This document shows, piece after piece, positions 44,678 through 53,668 of a stretch of DNA of 58,306 nt; position 1 is the first letter of the stretch, and each line of letters begins with the position of its first letter. Below the pieces are notes generated by a model, which worked only from the letters and a program-made list of their open reading frames with translations, was not told the origin of the DNA and did no database searches. Both the position numbers and the translations under genes were made by a program. The DNA is taken from assembly GCA_020725055.1 (NCBI GenBank), contig DYFS01000003.1, positions 1 to 58,306 of the forward strand, in the 5' to 3' direction. This DNA is from Candidatus Hadarchaeum sp. GTDB lineage: Archaea; Hadarchaeota; Hadarchaeia; Hadarchaeales; Hadarchaeaceae.

Positions 44678-45625
44678 TCAACCTCGCACGGTTTTGACAG
44701 CCACGCTTCTTCCGACTTCTCCCAAGAACGGTAAAAATTGCGTCAAGAACTCATCGAAATCTTCCCTACCAACATCGGCGAGTACCAGATGCGCTATTTC
44801 TCTCGCTGGGAAATCTCGCTCACTCAGCCCCGTCCTTGACCACCTTTCAAAGTTTTCCCTGTATTTCCTGTAGTTATCGATCGCGAAAACCACCTTTCCC
44901 ACGCAGACATCTTTCAGGCCGTCGATTTTTACCCCGCGCCTTTTTTCAATAAAATAAAGATCGGCGATGTCTCTCGTTTTTGCACCCATTCTCGTCAACA
45001 GGGCTCGCACTTTTTCGCACGCGATTTCCCTCACGTCGTATGTAAGGCACTTTACTGGTTTGTAAAAGGTGGCAAATTCTTCAAAATACTTTTTATCCGT
45101 TTCTGCGAATGAAGTGGAGTCCACCAAGGGAGCCATGGTTCTCTCGGTTATCGGGAAGTTCAAACTTTCTACAAAAGTTACCTGCACTTTTACGAAGGAA
45201 TCCATCCCCGTGAATGCTGAGCGGTACCATACCTTGAAAGTAGCGAGTTTGTTATTGCTCCCGATTTCGATGTATTTTTTATCACTTTTTATCGGTTTGA
45301 AATCAAAATCGTACTTCTTCGAAATTTCGTCCAACTTCTTCCCCAAGGCAGTAATTTTCTCTGAACAAATCCGCTTCACCAGTTTTGTTGTTTTACCGAT
45401 GAAGAGATCCTGATCGATGAAAGTGAAGTCTAAATCCTCTGAAATTCTGTGATAATCCAAGTATGCTTTTGACAAACAGGTGCCACCTTTGAGGGAATAT
45501 CCCCCGTTTTTCAGCCCGCTGAGGATGACGTTCACGACGAAATCCTTTTCCAATAGCTCTTCGGATTTCACCTCCGTCTTGGGTTTCAAAAATGCGATAA
45601 ATTCTTTCAGCTTTTCCCTGTCCAT
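44678..45625 (-). CDS. Nucleotidyltransferase AbiEii/AbiGii-family toxin (DUF1814)
   Basis: Signature LKGGTCLSKAYLDYHRISEDLDFTF. AT-rich gene that overlaps the upstream antitoxin-like gene. Confidence 0.85.
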   Translation of the reverse strand: MDREKLKEFIAFLKPKTEVKSEELLEKDFVVNVILSGLKNGGYSLKGGTCLSKAYLDYHRISEDLDFTFIDQDLFIGKTTKLVKRICSEKITALGKKLDEISKKYDFDFKPIKSDKKYIEIGSNNKLATFKVWYRSAFTGMDSFVKVQVTFVESLNFPITERTMAPLVDSTSFAETDKKYFEEFATFYKPVKCLTYDVREIACEKVRALLTRMGAKTRDIADLYFIEKRRGVKIDGLKDVCVGKVVFAIDNYRKYRENFERWSRTGLSERDFPAREIAHLVLADVGREDFDEFLTQFLPFLGEVGRSVAVKTVRG

Positions 45626-46287
45626 CGCAATGCCTCAGAGACAATTTTTTTGACGGTTTTTGGGTAGTTTTTCGCGTAATCAATCATTTTCTTTTTGCTG
45701 ATATTGCCGGCGTATTCTTCGATGATGGAGACCGCCGTTTCCCTCGATTTCCCCGACAGCCGGTAAAGATAGACCATGTCCAACAAAGTCTTTTCAGCGT
45801 TGCTGTAATTGATCGGGATATCGTTAGGGGTCATGGTTTTTTTCACCCCGAATGAAAATAGTGGGGTCTTTATCTTCGTGAACAAGAAGTCTGAACCGAG
45901 AATTTTCATCGGCTTCGTTCGGTTGAAGCGATCGTTTATCACGTAATTCACCGTGAAAGTCTCGTGCGTCAAGTTCATCATCTTAAGGGCAGTGTTCAGG
46001 CCAAAATACCAGTTCTTCACCCCTTTCAATCTCAGCCCCTCTGAGAGGAGCTCATCGGCCGAATATTTTGTGATACCAGTTTTTTTCTCGTTGAAATCCC
46101 TCAGGTAGTATATGCCTCTGAAAATGGTCAGAAGATCCCTCTTGTTTATAAGACTAACCTTTGTGCGTTTGAAATCGAAGTTGTACTTGGTGCAGACCGC
46201 TTCTAGGTCGTCTGAGGTCAGTATCTTTTTCTTTTTCAAAGAAAATTCTCTTATCAAAGCGTCCTTTCGTTTCATATTACATTTCAC
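45607..46287 (-). CDS. AbiEi-like antitoxin / transcriptional regulator (putative)
   Basis: It lies immediately upstream of the AbiEii gene and overlaps it. The 226-aa size and predicted N-terminal wHTH-like region fit AbiEi. Sequence-level assignment is weak. Confidence 0.55.
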   Translation of the reverse strand: MKCNMKRKDALIREFSLKKKKILTSDDLEAVCTKYNFDFKRTKVSLINKRDLLTIFRGIYYLRDFNEKKTGITKYSADELLSEGLRLKGVKNWYFGLNTALKMMNLTHETFTVNYVINDRFNRTKPMKILGSDFLFTKIKTPLFSFGVKKTMTPNDIPINYSNAEKTLLDMVYLYRLSGKSRETAVSIIEEYAGNISKKKMIDYAKNYPKTVKKIVSEALRWTGKS

Positions 46288-46402
46288 CTATTTGGTTGAT
46301 TTATAATTTATGATAAAATCTCGGAATTTATAAAGATTATGTAGGGCGGGTGCGAAACTTGTTAATCAATAAAGGGGGAGGAGTATGGCTCTTTTTCCCA
46401 AT

Positions 46403-46483
46403 CTAGCCGACATAGGTTGACCCTAATGGCAACACTACTCCCCTCATTCAAATACCTTCCGTTGCCGCTGTTTGTTCTGTAAT
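46403..46483 (+). repeat. Island repeat copy R2
   Basis: The 18-nt core is identical to R1, and the extended region is similar. See R1. Confidence 0.85.
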
Positions 46484-46635
46484 CTGTTGACCGAGTGCTG
46501 TAATTTGCTGACCAAGCCCAGTTTCGTCAAGAATTCGCCCGCAATTCCAGCCCACGCGCGTTTTTGGGTTGATTTTCTCCATTTTCTAAAACTCCACAAG
46601 GAATGGGAGGAGGCGCGGGAAAAGGAGGCGAGGCA

Positions 46636-47181
46636 ATGATGGAGTGGTTCATTGTTTTCCTGTTGTGTGTCGCTCTCGCGGTTTCGCTCTCTGGGTGGGG
46701 CTATGCCTACAAGTCCGCAAAGTTCAACAAGGAGCTTCTCGGCCTCCTCATCAAACGCCTTGCCGAGTTGGAGCGGGAAGTGGAGGTCAACCGCGCGCTT
46801 TACCGCGTAATGGGGCTTAAAGAGCTCCCCACTGCCAAACTTTGTCCCCATTTGAAGTTGGTGGGTTTTCAGCAATTTGTGAATGATTTTATCTTTCGAT
46901 TGAGGCAGACCCGAAAGCATTACGAGGAGAAGTTCGGTGAGCACAGCCCGCTCGTGAATGACGCCGTAAAACAATATATGAAGCAGGTTGTCGAGCAGAT
47001 GCGCGAGGAGTACAAAATCGAGGTACAGCCGTTCATAGATGAGGTCAAATACCCCCGAATGGGCCTGTTCATCGCAATCGCTGGCGGCCGATGCCCTCAT
47101 TGTACGACCGACGCTGATGTCATCGCGGCCCTCGAGGGCCTCTCCGAACTCGTGGAACGAACAAAGCGCCGCTATGGATAG
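46636..47181 (+). CDS. Hypothetical membrane-anchored coiled-coil protein with C-terminal CPHC
   Basis: AAAGGAGG lies upstream of ATGATG. Contains the TM helix WFIVFLLCVALAVSLSGWGYA followed by charged helical sequence. Preferred over the antisense ORF 46444..47223. Confidence 0.55.
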   Translation: MMEWFIVFLLCVALAVSLSGWGYAYKSAKFNKELLGLLIKRLAELEREVEVNRALYRVMGLKELPTAKLCPHLKLVGFQQFVNDFIFRLRQTRKHYEEKFGEHSPLVNDAVKQYMKQVVEQMREEYKIEVQPFIDEVKYPRMGLFIAIAGGRCPHCTTDADVIAALEGLSELVERTKRRYG

Positions 47182-47238
47182 ACTCCGAATATCAGAAGCA
47201 TAGGGCAGTGCGGCCCTGCCCACCGAGTAGACTCATCT

Positions 47239-47991
47239 TCAGCTGGGTTGGAATAGCGAGTCCGGAAGGTCTGGGTTTATCACTACATCGTGGAACCTAA
47301 TCGTTCCCGTTGTTGTGCCGACGGTCAAAGTAAAAGTGTGCTCTCCGCCGGTCCATCCCGCGAATGCTTTTCTGCATATTTCAAATTTTTCCCAAACATC
47401 ATTATCTATAAAATAAGGACCCACGCCACTAGGCTCGACGCCGATGGGCACGGCGTAAACCGGAGTAGCCCGAGCAAGCGCAAATGCTAAAGCTACCGCA
47501 TCCCCAGCTTTAAAATCACCTATAGATATGTTTGGTGGGGGGGAGGGGATGGAGGCTTCATACCACCGCCCGTTATAGTATAAAAATGCTTTCATTAAGC
47601 CAAAATCGGATATATAATAACTACTACCACCAAGCTCACCAAGTCGTATTTTCAGGTTGGAGGAGCCTATATTCTTCACTTGAAATATGGCCGTCGCTGT
47701 ACGTACCTCGGGTGCGGTGATGTCCATTTTCATCTCCAAACTGCTTATCGTAGTTACACGGCCAGTCAGGAGAACGGCGGCCACGACACCGACGACCACA
47801 AGCACGACTACAACTACACCAGCGATTAACTTGCCCCTGCCCCTGGGCTCTGGCGGGGGCGCGGGGGCCGGTTTTTCCTCCGGCGGGGCTGGCTTGGCCG
47901 GGGGAGCTGCTGGTACTATGCCTGCGCCGCACTCTGGGCAGAACTTGACTCCGCCCTCGATTTCCTTGCCGCATCCCGGGCAGTAGGGCAC
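47239..47991 (-). CDS. Zinc-ribbon membrane protein (N-terminal CPxCG...CPxCG, Pro-rich linker, one TM helix, extracytoplasmic beta-rich domain)
   Basis: MPYCPGCGKEIEGGVKFCPECG, then PAAPPAKPAPPEEKPAPAPPPEP, then the TM helix LIAGVVVVVLVVVGVVAAVLL. Confidence 0.7.
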   Translation of the reverse strand: MPYCPGCGKEIEGGVKFCPECGAGIVPAAPPAKPAPPEEKPAPAPPPEPRGRGKLIAGVVVVVLVVVGVVAAVLLTGRVTTISSLEMKMDITAPEVRTATAIFQVKNIGSSNLKIRLGELGGSSYYISDFGLMKAFLYYNGRWYEASIPSPPPNISIGDFKAGDAVALAFALARATPVYAVPIGVEPSGVGPYFIDNDVWEKFEICRKAFAGWTGGEHTFTLTVGTTTGTIRFHDVVINPDLPDSLFQPS

Positions 47992-48185
47992 GGTCCAACC
48001 TCCGCCTGAATATATCGGGCCTTATGTTATAAACCATTTGTGCGACGTATGCCGGCGCTGTCGGGGTCGTCGACAAACAGCCTCCTCTCTCCCCGCCGCA
48101 TTCAAAATCGTTGGTGGCCGTTAAAACCGGAATTTTACCCGTTCAAAAAGAAAAAAGCGGGGTAGCGTCGCCAAGGAGTTCAACT

Positions 48186-48204
48186 TAGCCGACATAGCTA
48201 TGTC
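48186..48204 (+). repeat. Island repeat copy R3 (TAGCCGACATAG core fused into the perfect palindrome GACATAGCTATGTC)
   Basis: The 12-nt core is shared with R1 and R2. The palindrome spans 48191..48204. Confidence 0.7.
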
Positions 48205-48353
48205 ATCCTGTTGATGAGTTCCCCGAGCTTTAAGTCCGCCTGTGGCCTTTCCTCGCTTATGTTAACTAATAACCTCCACCCAAAGCCTCAGCGAGACCAT
48301 CGACAGCAAAATTTATATCTGGGCAAAATAAATGGGTAAATTGGGTAATAAAA

Positions 48354-48590
48354 ATGGCCACTAAGGGGAAATACCATTCTGCAAAGATATATGTCCCAAG
48401 GGATGTACGCAAGACGCTCGGCCTAGAGGAGGGGGACGAGATCGAGTTCTCAATTGTCGATGAACACGAAGCCAGAATATTGGTAAAAAAAGTGGACGCC
48501 GATCAAAAACTTCTGGAACTCCTGCACCGACCTAGAAGGCTTGGTATCAAAGGGAAGCTGACTAGAGAGGAGATCTATGATTTTGTTTGA
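48354..48590 (+). CDS. vapB: AbrB/SpoVT-family antitoxin (VapB-like)
   Basis: Swapped-hairpin motif KIYVPRDVRKTLGLEEGDEIEF. Overlaps the downstream PIN gene. Confidence 0.8.
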   Translation: MATKGKYHSAKIYVPRDVRKTLGLEEGDEIEFSIVDEHEARILVKKVDADQKLLELLHRPRRLGIKGKLTREEIYDFV

Positions 48591-49017
48591 CACAAACGTG
48601 CTCGCCTATGCACACGATTCTGCTTCCAAAAACCATGAAAAGGCAGTGAAGTTGATAGAATCCGCATTGGGGGGTGAACTTGACGCGTGCATTTCGTATC
48701 AAAACATAATTGAACTCTACTCGGTGTTTACGCACCCGCTAAAATTGTCTACACCATATGAGTCGAGTGGGGCCGTTGAATTATGCTATCTTTACATCGA
48801 GTCAAAAAATCTCAAAAAAATTGTGCCCACCGAGAAAACATATTCTGAAGCGCTGAGGCTGGCGAGTAGGATAGGAGTGGTCGCTAGAAAAATTTTCGAT
48901 AGCGTGCTAGTCGCAACCGCCCTAGAGAACGGCGTCAAAACCATCTATACCGAGAACACCAAAGATTTCGAACCGTTCAAATCCATACGCGCGATTAATC
49001 CATTTATTAAAAAATGA
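48577..49017 (+). CDS. vapC: PIN-domain ribonuclease toxin VapC
   Basis: ILFDTNVL N-terminal acidic motif, a later D (FDSVL), and a C-terminal TEN..DF. Confidence 0.8.
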   Translation: MILFDTNVLAYAHDSASKNHEKAVKLIESALGGELDACISYQNIIELYSVFTHPLKLSTPYESSGAVELCYLYIESKNLKKIVPTEKTYSEALRLASRIGVVARKIFDSVLVATALENGVKTIYTENTKDFEPFKSIRAINPFIKK

Positions 49018-49028
49018 AGGATTAGTGA

Positions 49029-49646
49029 TTACTCCATCGATTTCAGGAGCTGCCCGAGTTTCTTGAAATCCGCCTGTAGCCTCCGCTTGGCCTCGGCCCC
49101 ATAGAGCGCCGCGGCGGGGTGGTAGGTCATGAAGAGTTTGAAGTCGGTGCCGGCATAGGTGCAGTCGAGCAGTTTGCCGTGCTCCCTACCCATAGTTACA
49201 TACCTGCCTAGCAACTCTTTAGCAGATATCCGACCAAGGGCGATAACGAGTTTAGGCCCCACTGCAGAAATCTGACCCACAAGAAAGCGTCGACAAGCTT
49301 CAATCTCATCAGGTAAGGGATCCCTGTTTCCTGGTGGACGACATTTGAGGAGATTGCAAACGTATACGTTTTTTCTGTCTAATCCAGCCTCCTGCAATAA
49401 TCCGTCGAGGTTTTTTCCAGCCGCTCCGACGAAAGGAGTCCCCATTTGGTCTTCCATGGCTCCAGGTGCCTCAGAAACTATCATCACCTTTGCGGTTGCT
49501 GGCCCGGAACTGAATACCATGTTTTTCCGTGTTTTATATAGCTGGCAACGCTTGCACCTCTGTGCCTCGACCTTGAGTTTTTGTAGGATTTCTTCAGGGC
49601 CGTGGGGCTTTATTCTTCTCTCGAGATCTTCCGTGCCGATCCCCAC
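49029..49646 (-). CDS. udg: Uracil-DNA glycosylase, family 4
   Basis: C..C.L......VF..G......MIVSEAPG..ED..G.PFVG.AG motif, plus HPAA near the C-terminus. Confidence 0.88.
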   Translation of the reverse strand: MGIGTEDLERRIKPHGPEEILQKLKVEAQRCKRCQLYKTRKNMVFSSGPATAKVMIVSEAPGAMEDQMGTPFVGAAGKNLDGLLQEAGLDRKNVYVCNLLKCRPPGNRDPLPDEIEACRRFLVGQISAVGPKLVIALGRISAKELLGRYVTMGREHGKLLDCTYAGTDFKLFMTYHPAAALYGAEAKRRLQADFKKLGQLLKSME

Positions 49647-50173
49647 CGTGAGCGCTCGACCAGCGGCTTCAGCCTCTCATGGACTAGCTTGAGCACAGAG
49701 ATGTCCTCCTTGCAGTGCTCGACGATTAGCTTCCGCGCCTCGAGGTTGCCGCGCCCGACCAGCTTGAACAAAGCCAGGATATCGGCCCCGTGGAACTCCC
49801 TGGACATGCTAGTCCCCAAGAACCGCGCGACCGACTCGAGACTGTAGCTGGAGAGCAGCAGGTGGGCCCGGGACCACTCGCAGAGATCCAGCATCAGGAT
49901 TTCAGCGAGCTTTGTGAGATCTATGTTGTGGATAATCGCTCGGCTGGAGAGGAACGGGATGTCGAATTTGGACCCGTACCATGTCACCAGCACATCGCAG
50001 CCCTCCAGTTTTTCTCCGAGCCACTCCAAGGCCCTTCGCTCCTCTTCAAAAGACTCTGCAAAACGAACCTCGAGCTCATCGCCTTTCAGCAGTCCGATCG
50101 CTATGATCTTGCCATCGCTGGCAGTTTTAGAGCTAGTTTCGATATCTAAGTAAGCCACGACCATTTCACTCAC
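49610..50173 (-). CDS. RNase H-fold 3'-5' exonuclease-like protein (YprB/PolB-exo-like)
   Basis: YLDIET (Exo I-like), W.G..FD.PFL (Exo II-like), and a C-terminal H...D region. Confidence 0.6.
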   Translation of the reverse strand: MSEMVVAYLDIETSSKTASDGKIIAIGLLKGDELEVRFAESFEEERRALEWLGEKLEGCDVLVTWYGSKFDIPFLSSRAIIHNIDLTKLAEILMLDLCEWSRAHLLLSSYSLESVARFLGTSMSREFHGADILALFKLVGRGNLEARKLIVEHCKEDISVLKLVHERLKPLVERSRWGSARKISREE

Positions 50174-50576
50174 CCATCACGAAAACCGCCAGCCTCCGCC
50201 TCCGAGGCCCATCTTGCTCGACGGCTAAAAAACTTTGCCAGGTGCCCCTAACCACCTTGCCATCGACTATCGGCAGCACCACCGAGGAGCCGACGAGCGC
50301 GGATTTCAGGTGGGCGTGGGCGTTGTCATCTATGCGATCATGTTGATATCCGCCTCGCGCCGGGACAAGATCGTCGAGCTTGTTTAGTATGTCTTGTTTC
50401 AGCCCTTCCTCATTCTCGTTGAGCATAAGCGCAGCCGTGGCGTGGGGCAGCTGAACCACAAGCAAGCCATTTTTTATACCAGATTGCCCCGCCGCCTCCA
50501 GCACTTGGCCGGTGAGGTCTACGATCTCGCGTCTCTCGCGGCTAGAGAAGCTGAACTCCCTGAACCATGTTTTCAT
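50166..50576 (-). CDS. YjbQ/UPF0047 family protein (secondary thiamine-phosphate synthase-like)
   Basis: V.L.HATAAL..NE.E..L..D............Y.H.....NAHAHLK...G.S...P...G....GTWQ. The ATG at 50576 is preferred over 50630. Confidence 0.8.
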   Translation of the reverse strand: MKTWFREFSFSSRERREIVDLTGQVLEAAGQSGIKNGLLVVQLPHATAALMLNENEEGLKQDILNKLDDLVPARGGYQHDRIDDNAHAHLKSALVGSSVVLPIVDGKVVRGTWQSFLAVEQDGPRRRRLAVFVMGE

Positions 50577-50580
50577 GTCA

Positions 50581-51063
50581 TCACAATTTATAGCCGATTT
50601 TTCGCAGGAACTCTTTCCGCTCAGCCACATCTTTTGCGCCCTCTATACCCTTGCTTTTCAGCCCGTCGACCACGCCCAAGATGCCGCGCCCTTGCTCGGT
50701 CTCGGCGATTACCACCTCGACCGGGTTTGCAGTTGCCGCAAAAATCGAGCAGACCTCAGGCACATGCTTGATCGCGTTGAGAACGTTGATCGGATAAGCG
50801 CCACGCATGAGTATGATGAAACAGTGCCCGCAACCGAGTTCAAGCGCTTTCTCTGCGGCAAGCTTTTCAAGCTCCAAATCATTCCCGCTGTGTCGAACCA
50901 AACACGGCCCTGAAGATTCGCAGAAGGCCAAGCCGAATTTTATCCCAGGCACCGAGTTCATCAACGCCTCGTGCAGATCCTCTACCGATTTTATGAAATG
51001 CGTCTGGCCGAGCACGAGCTGGCAGCCTTCGGGAACAGTGATTTTCACTATTTCCGTTTCCAC
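50581..51063 (-). CDS. Adenosine-specific kinase family protein (former DUF355)
   Basis: Family recognised from [13 protein letters not shown]......[14 protein letters not shown] and N.LNAIK.VPEV. Recalled from memory. Confidence 0.55.
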   Translation of the reverse strand: METEIVKITVPEGCQLVLGQTHFIKSVEDLHEALMNSVPGIKFGLAFCESSGPCLVRHSGNDLELEKLAAEKALELGCGHCFIILMRGAYPINVLNAIKHVPEVCSIFAATANPVEVVIAETEQGRGILGVVDGLKSKGIEGAKDVAERKEFLRKIGYKL

Positions 51064-51127
51064 TTAACCCCTACCTAAATTAGCTACCCGCGCATAAAAA
51101 TAGAAAGGGAAAACTTGGGTTGGGAAC

Positions 51128-51787
51128 ATGAAAGTCTGGATAGTGATGCCCGCGCGCAACGAGGAGCGCACGATAGGCAGCGTGCTGGACTCACTCGATC
51201 GCGAGGGTTGGCGCCAAATCATAGTTGTCGATGACGGCTCTACGGATAGGACAGCGAGCATAGCCCGCGCGAAGGGGGCAGTAGTGATCGCCCACCCCCG
51301 CAACATGGGGCTAGGGGCGGCGCTCCGAACCGGCTTGGCGAAAGCCCGGGAGCTGGGAGCTGACTGCGCGGTCACCTTCGACGCGGATGGGCAGCACGAT
51401 TCCAAGGCGGTCCAGAGGCTGGTCGAGGCCCTTGATGGCGCGGATCTCGTCATAGGCCGCAGGGAGCACGTCGGCATCCCGCTGCACAAGCGCTTTGGCA
51501 ATTTCGTTCTCGATTGGATAACCTTCCTGTTCAGCGGGGTGCTCACGGACTCGCAGTCTGGCTCGAGGGCTTTTGGCAAGCGGGCGCTCGAGGCGATCCG
51601 CATCCGGAGCAACCGCTATGAGGTTTCTTCCGAGATAGTCATCCAGGCGAAAAAGCGGGAGTTGAGGCTTCAGGTAGCGCCAGTCAAGTGCTTTTATACG
51701 AAGTACGCGAGGGCAAGGGGCACGACGATTGTGAGCGGGGCCACGATTTTTTTGGGGTTGCTCAAGCAGAGGGTCACGGGCAGGTAA
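51128..51787 (+). CDS. Family 2 glycosyltransferase (dolichyl-phosphate sugar synthase-like)
   Basis: IVMPARNEE..I........Q...IIVVDDGSTDRT ... DADGQHD. Confidence 0.85.
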   Translation: MKVWIVMPARNEERTIGSVLDSLDREGWRQIIVVDDGSTDRTASIARAKGAVVIAHPRNMGLGAALRTGLAKARELGADCAVTFDADGQHDSKAVQRLVEALDGADLVIGRREHVGIPLHKRFGNFVLDWITFLFSGVLTDSQSGSRAFGKRALEAIRIRSNRYEVSSEIVIQAKKRELRLQVAPVKCFYTKYARARGTTIVSGATIFLGLLKQRVTGR

Positions 51788-51829
51788 GGATAAAATCCCA
51801 AGGCAGCACCATATCTGTGGGGAAAAGCA

Positions 51830-52810
51830 ATGGACTTGAACGAGCTTGTCGAAAAGATCGAGGGACAGAAGGTCTTGGTGCTAGGGGACGTGATTTTCGA
51901 CAAGCGTATCGTGGGGCGGGTGACTAGGATTTCTCCGGAGGCCCCGGTACCCATGGTCGAGGTGGAGTCCGAATCCTACTTCCTGGGTGGCGCGGCAAAC
52001 GTTATCAACAACCTGCGGGCACTTGGGGCAGGGGTAGCGATAGCGACCGTCATAGGTGATGACCCGGAGGGCAGCTATCTGACCAAGGAGATAGAAAAAG
52101 TAGGCGTGGACGCGCTTGGCGTTTTCAGGGACGGGGGGAGGATCACGACGATGGTGAGTAGAATTTTGACTCCCGATGGTCACCAGCTCCTCCGGCTGGA
52201 TCGGGCAGAAAACAAGGAGATCGGTCACGAAGTGGCGATGAAAATGGCCAGCTACGTAAAGGGCACGATAAACTCGTTCGACGTGCTTCTCATCACGGAC
52301 TACGGGAGGGGGGCGGTAACGCAGGAGCTCGTTGGCAGTGTGGTAAAAATCGCGAAGGAACACGGCAAAAAAGTGGTTGTGAACCCGAAGAAGGAGAACT
52401 TTTCGTATTATGAAGGTGTGGATGTCATCCGGGCGAACCGGAGGGAGGCGAGCTACGCAACCGGCGTTTCGGCCATCAATGAAACCAGCATACGCATAAT
52501 GGGGCAAAAAATCCTGACCTCGCTGCGCTGCGGGGCCGTTTTAATAACGTGGATAGAGGAGGGCTTCCACCTCTTCGAGCGGGACGGGAAGGTTACTTTC
52601 ATCCCACCACTCGTGAGGCGCCCGGTTGATGTCACGGGTGTCGGGGATACTATCACGTGTGCTTTGGCGCTGGGTCTGGCTGCGGGGGCAACGCTGGAGG
52701 ACTCCGCGAGGCTGGCGAACTACGCCGGCGCCATCGTTGCTGACAAAATGGGCTTGGCTACGGCGACGAGAGAGGAGCTAAAGGAAACGCTGTCTAAAGG
52801 CATATCCTAG
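51830..52810 (+). CDS. PfkB-family sugar kinase resembling RfaE/HldE domain I (D-beta-D-heptose 7-phosphate kinase)
   Basis: VLVLGDVIFDKRIVGRVTRISPEAPVPMVEVESESYFLGGAANVINNLRALGA closely follows the RfaE domain I N-terminal signature. C-terminal DVTGVGDT motif. Confidence 0.75.
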   Translation: MDLNELVEKIEGQKVLVLGDVIFDKRIVGRVTRISPEAPVPMVEVESESYFLGGAANVINNLRALGAGVAIATVIGDDPEGSYLTKEIEKVGVDALGVFRDGGRITTMVSRILTPDGHQLLRLDRAENKEIGHEVAMKMASYVKGTINSFDVLLITDYGRGAVTQELVGSVVKIAKEHGKKVVVNPKKENFSYYEGVDVIRANRREASYATGVSAINETSIRIMGQKILTSLRCGAVLITWIEEGFHLFERDGKVTFIPPLVRRPVDVTGVGDTITCALALGLAAGATLEDSARLANYAGAIVADKMGLATATREELKETLSKGIS

Positions 52811-52822
52811 GTGTGTTAAGCG

Positions 52823-53668
52823 ATGGTTTCAGGCGAGCGTTTGAAGGAACTCGCGGAGAAGGCGTACAGGATTCGCAGGCACGTTTTAGAGATGACCACC
52901 GCGGCGGGGTCTGGACACCCCGGCGGCTCACTGTCGTGCGTTGATGTGATTACAGCGCTCTACTTCCACGTGATGCACCATGACCCAAAAAATCCGAGTT
53001 TGCCTGATAGGGATAGATTCGTGCTCAGCAAAGGGCACGCCGCACCGACCCTCTACGCTGCGCTGGCGGAGTGCGGTTACTTCCCGGTCGAAGAGCTGAA
53101 AAATCTGCGGAAATTCGGCAGCATCCTCCAAGGACACCCGGACAAAAATCGTGTGCCCGGGGTTGAGAACTCCTCGGGCTCGCTTGGTAATGGGTTGGCG
53201 ATAGCGAACGGCATGGCGCTGGCGGCAAAAATCGACGGGAGACCATACAGGGTTTACGCTTTGCTTGGGGATGGCGAGTGCCAGGAGGGGCTAATCTGGG
53301 AAGCGGCGATGTTTGCGGCGCACTACAAAATAGACAACCTAACAGCGATTGTCGATAGAAACGGTTTGCAGATAGATGGCCCGACCGAGAGGGTCATGAG
53401 CGTGGAGCCGTTCGCCGACAAGTGGAGGTCGTTTGGGTGGCACGTGATCGAGGTCGACGGGCACGACATACCCGCGATCATCGGTGCGTGTGAAGAGGCC
53501 AAAAGGGTGAGGGGGAGGCCAACCGTGATAATTGCCCACCTGATAAAAGGGCGGGGGGTCTCCTTCATGGAGTGGGTGGCAGGCTTCCACGGCAAAACCC
53601 TATCGCCGAAGGATCTGGAAAAGGCCCTAGCGGAGCTGGATGCCTGGTACGAGGGGCTGGCTGCATGA
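52823..53668 (+). CDS. Transketolase, N-terminal subunit
   Basis: GSGHPGGSLS, LSKGHA.P.LYA and GDGE..EG..WEA (ThDP-binding) motifs. Confidence 0.9.
   Translation: MVSGERLKELAEKAYRIRRHVLEMTTAAGSGHPGGSLSCVDVITALYFHVMHHDPKNPSLPDRDRFVLSKGHAAPTLYAALAECGYFPVEELKNLRKFGSILQGHPDKNRVPGVENSSGSLGNGLAIANGMALAAKIDGRPYRVYALLGDGECQEGLIWEAAMFAAHYKIDNLTAIVDRNGLQIDGPTERVMSVEPFADKWRSFGWHVIEVDGHDIPAIIGACEEAKRVRGRPTVIIAHLIKGRGVSFMEWVAGFHGKTLSPKDLEKALAELDAWYEGLAA

Noticed and set aside
46444-47223. 259-aa minus-strand ORF overlapping the 46636..47181 plus-strand gene
   Set aside because: Its 3' end runs through the non-coding R2 repeat. The plus-strand ORF has a strong AAAGGAGG ribosome-binding site and a clean TM helix. 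Only one of the two can be real, and the plus-strand ORF is favoured. Confidence in this choice is only moderate.
44551-48204. Interpreting the three island repeats as integron attC sites
   Set aside because: GTTGA follows the core in all three copies, loosely resembling the R' consensus GTTRRRY. However, I could not find the paired R''/L'' inverted-repeat structure; only R1 has a weak 6-bp stem. The cassettes hold two genes in mixed orientation, and no intI-like gene is in the window. The repeat itself is retained as a finding, but the attC label is rejected.
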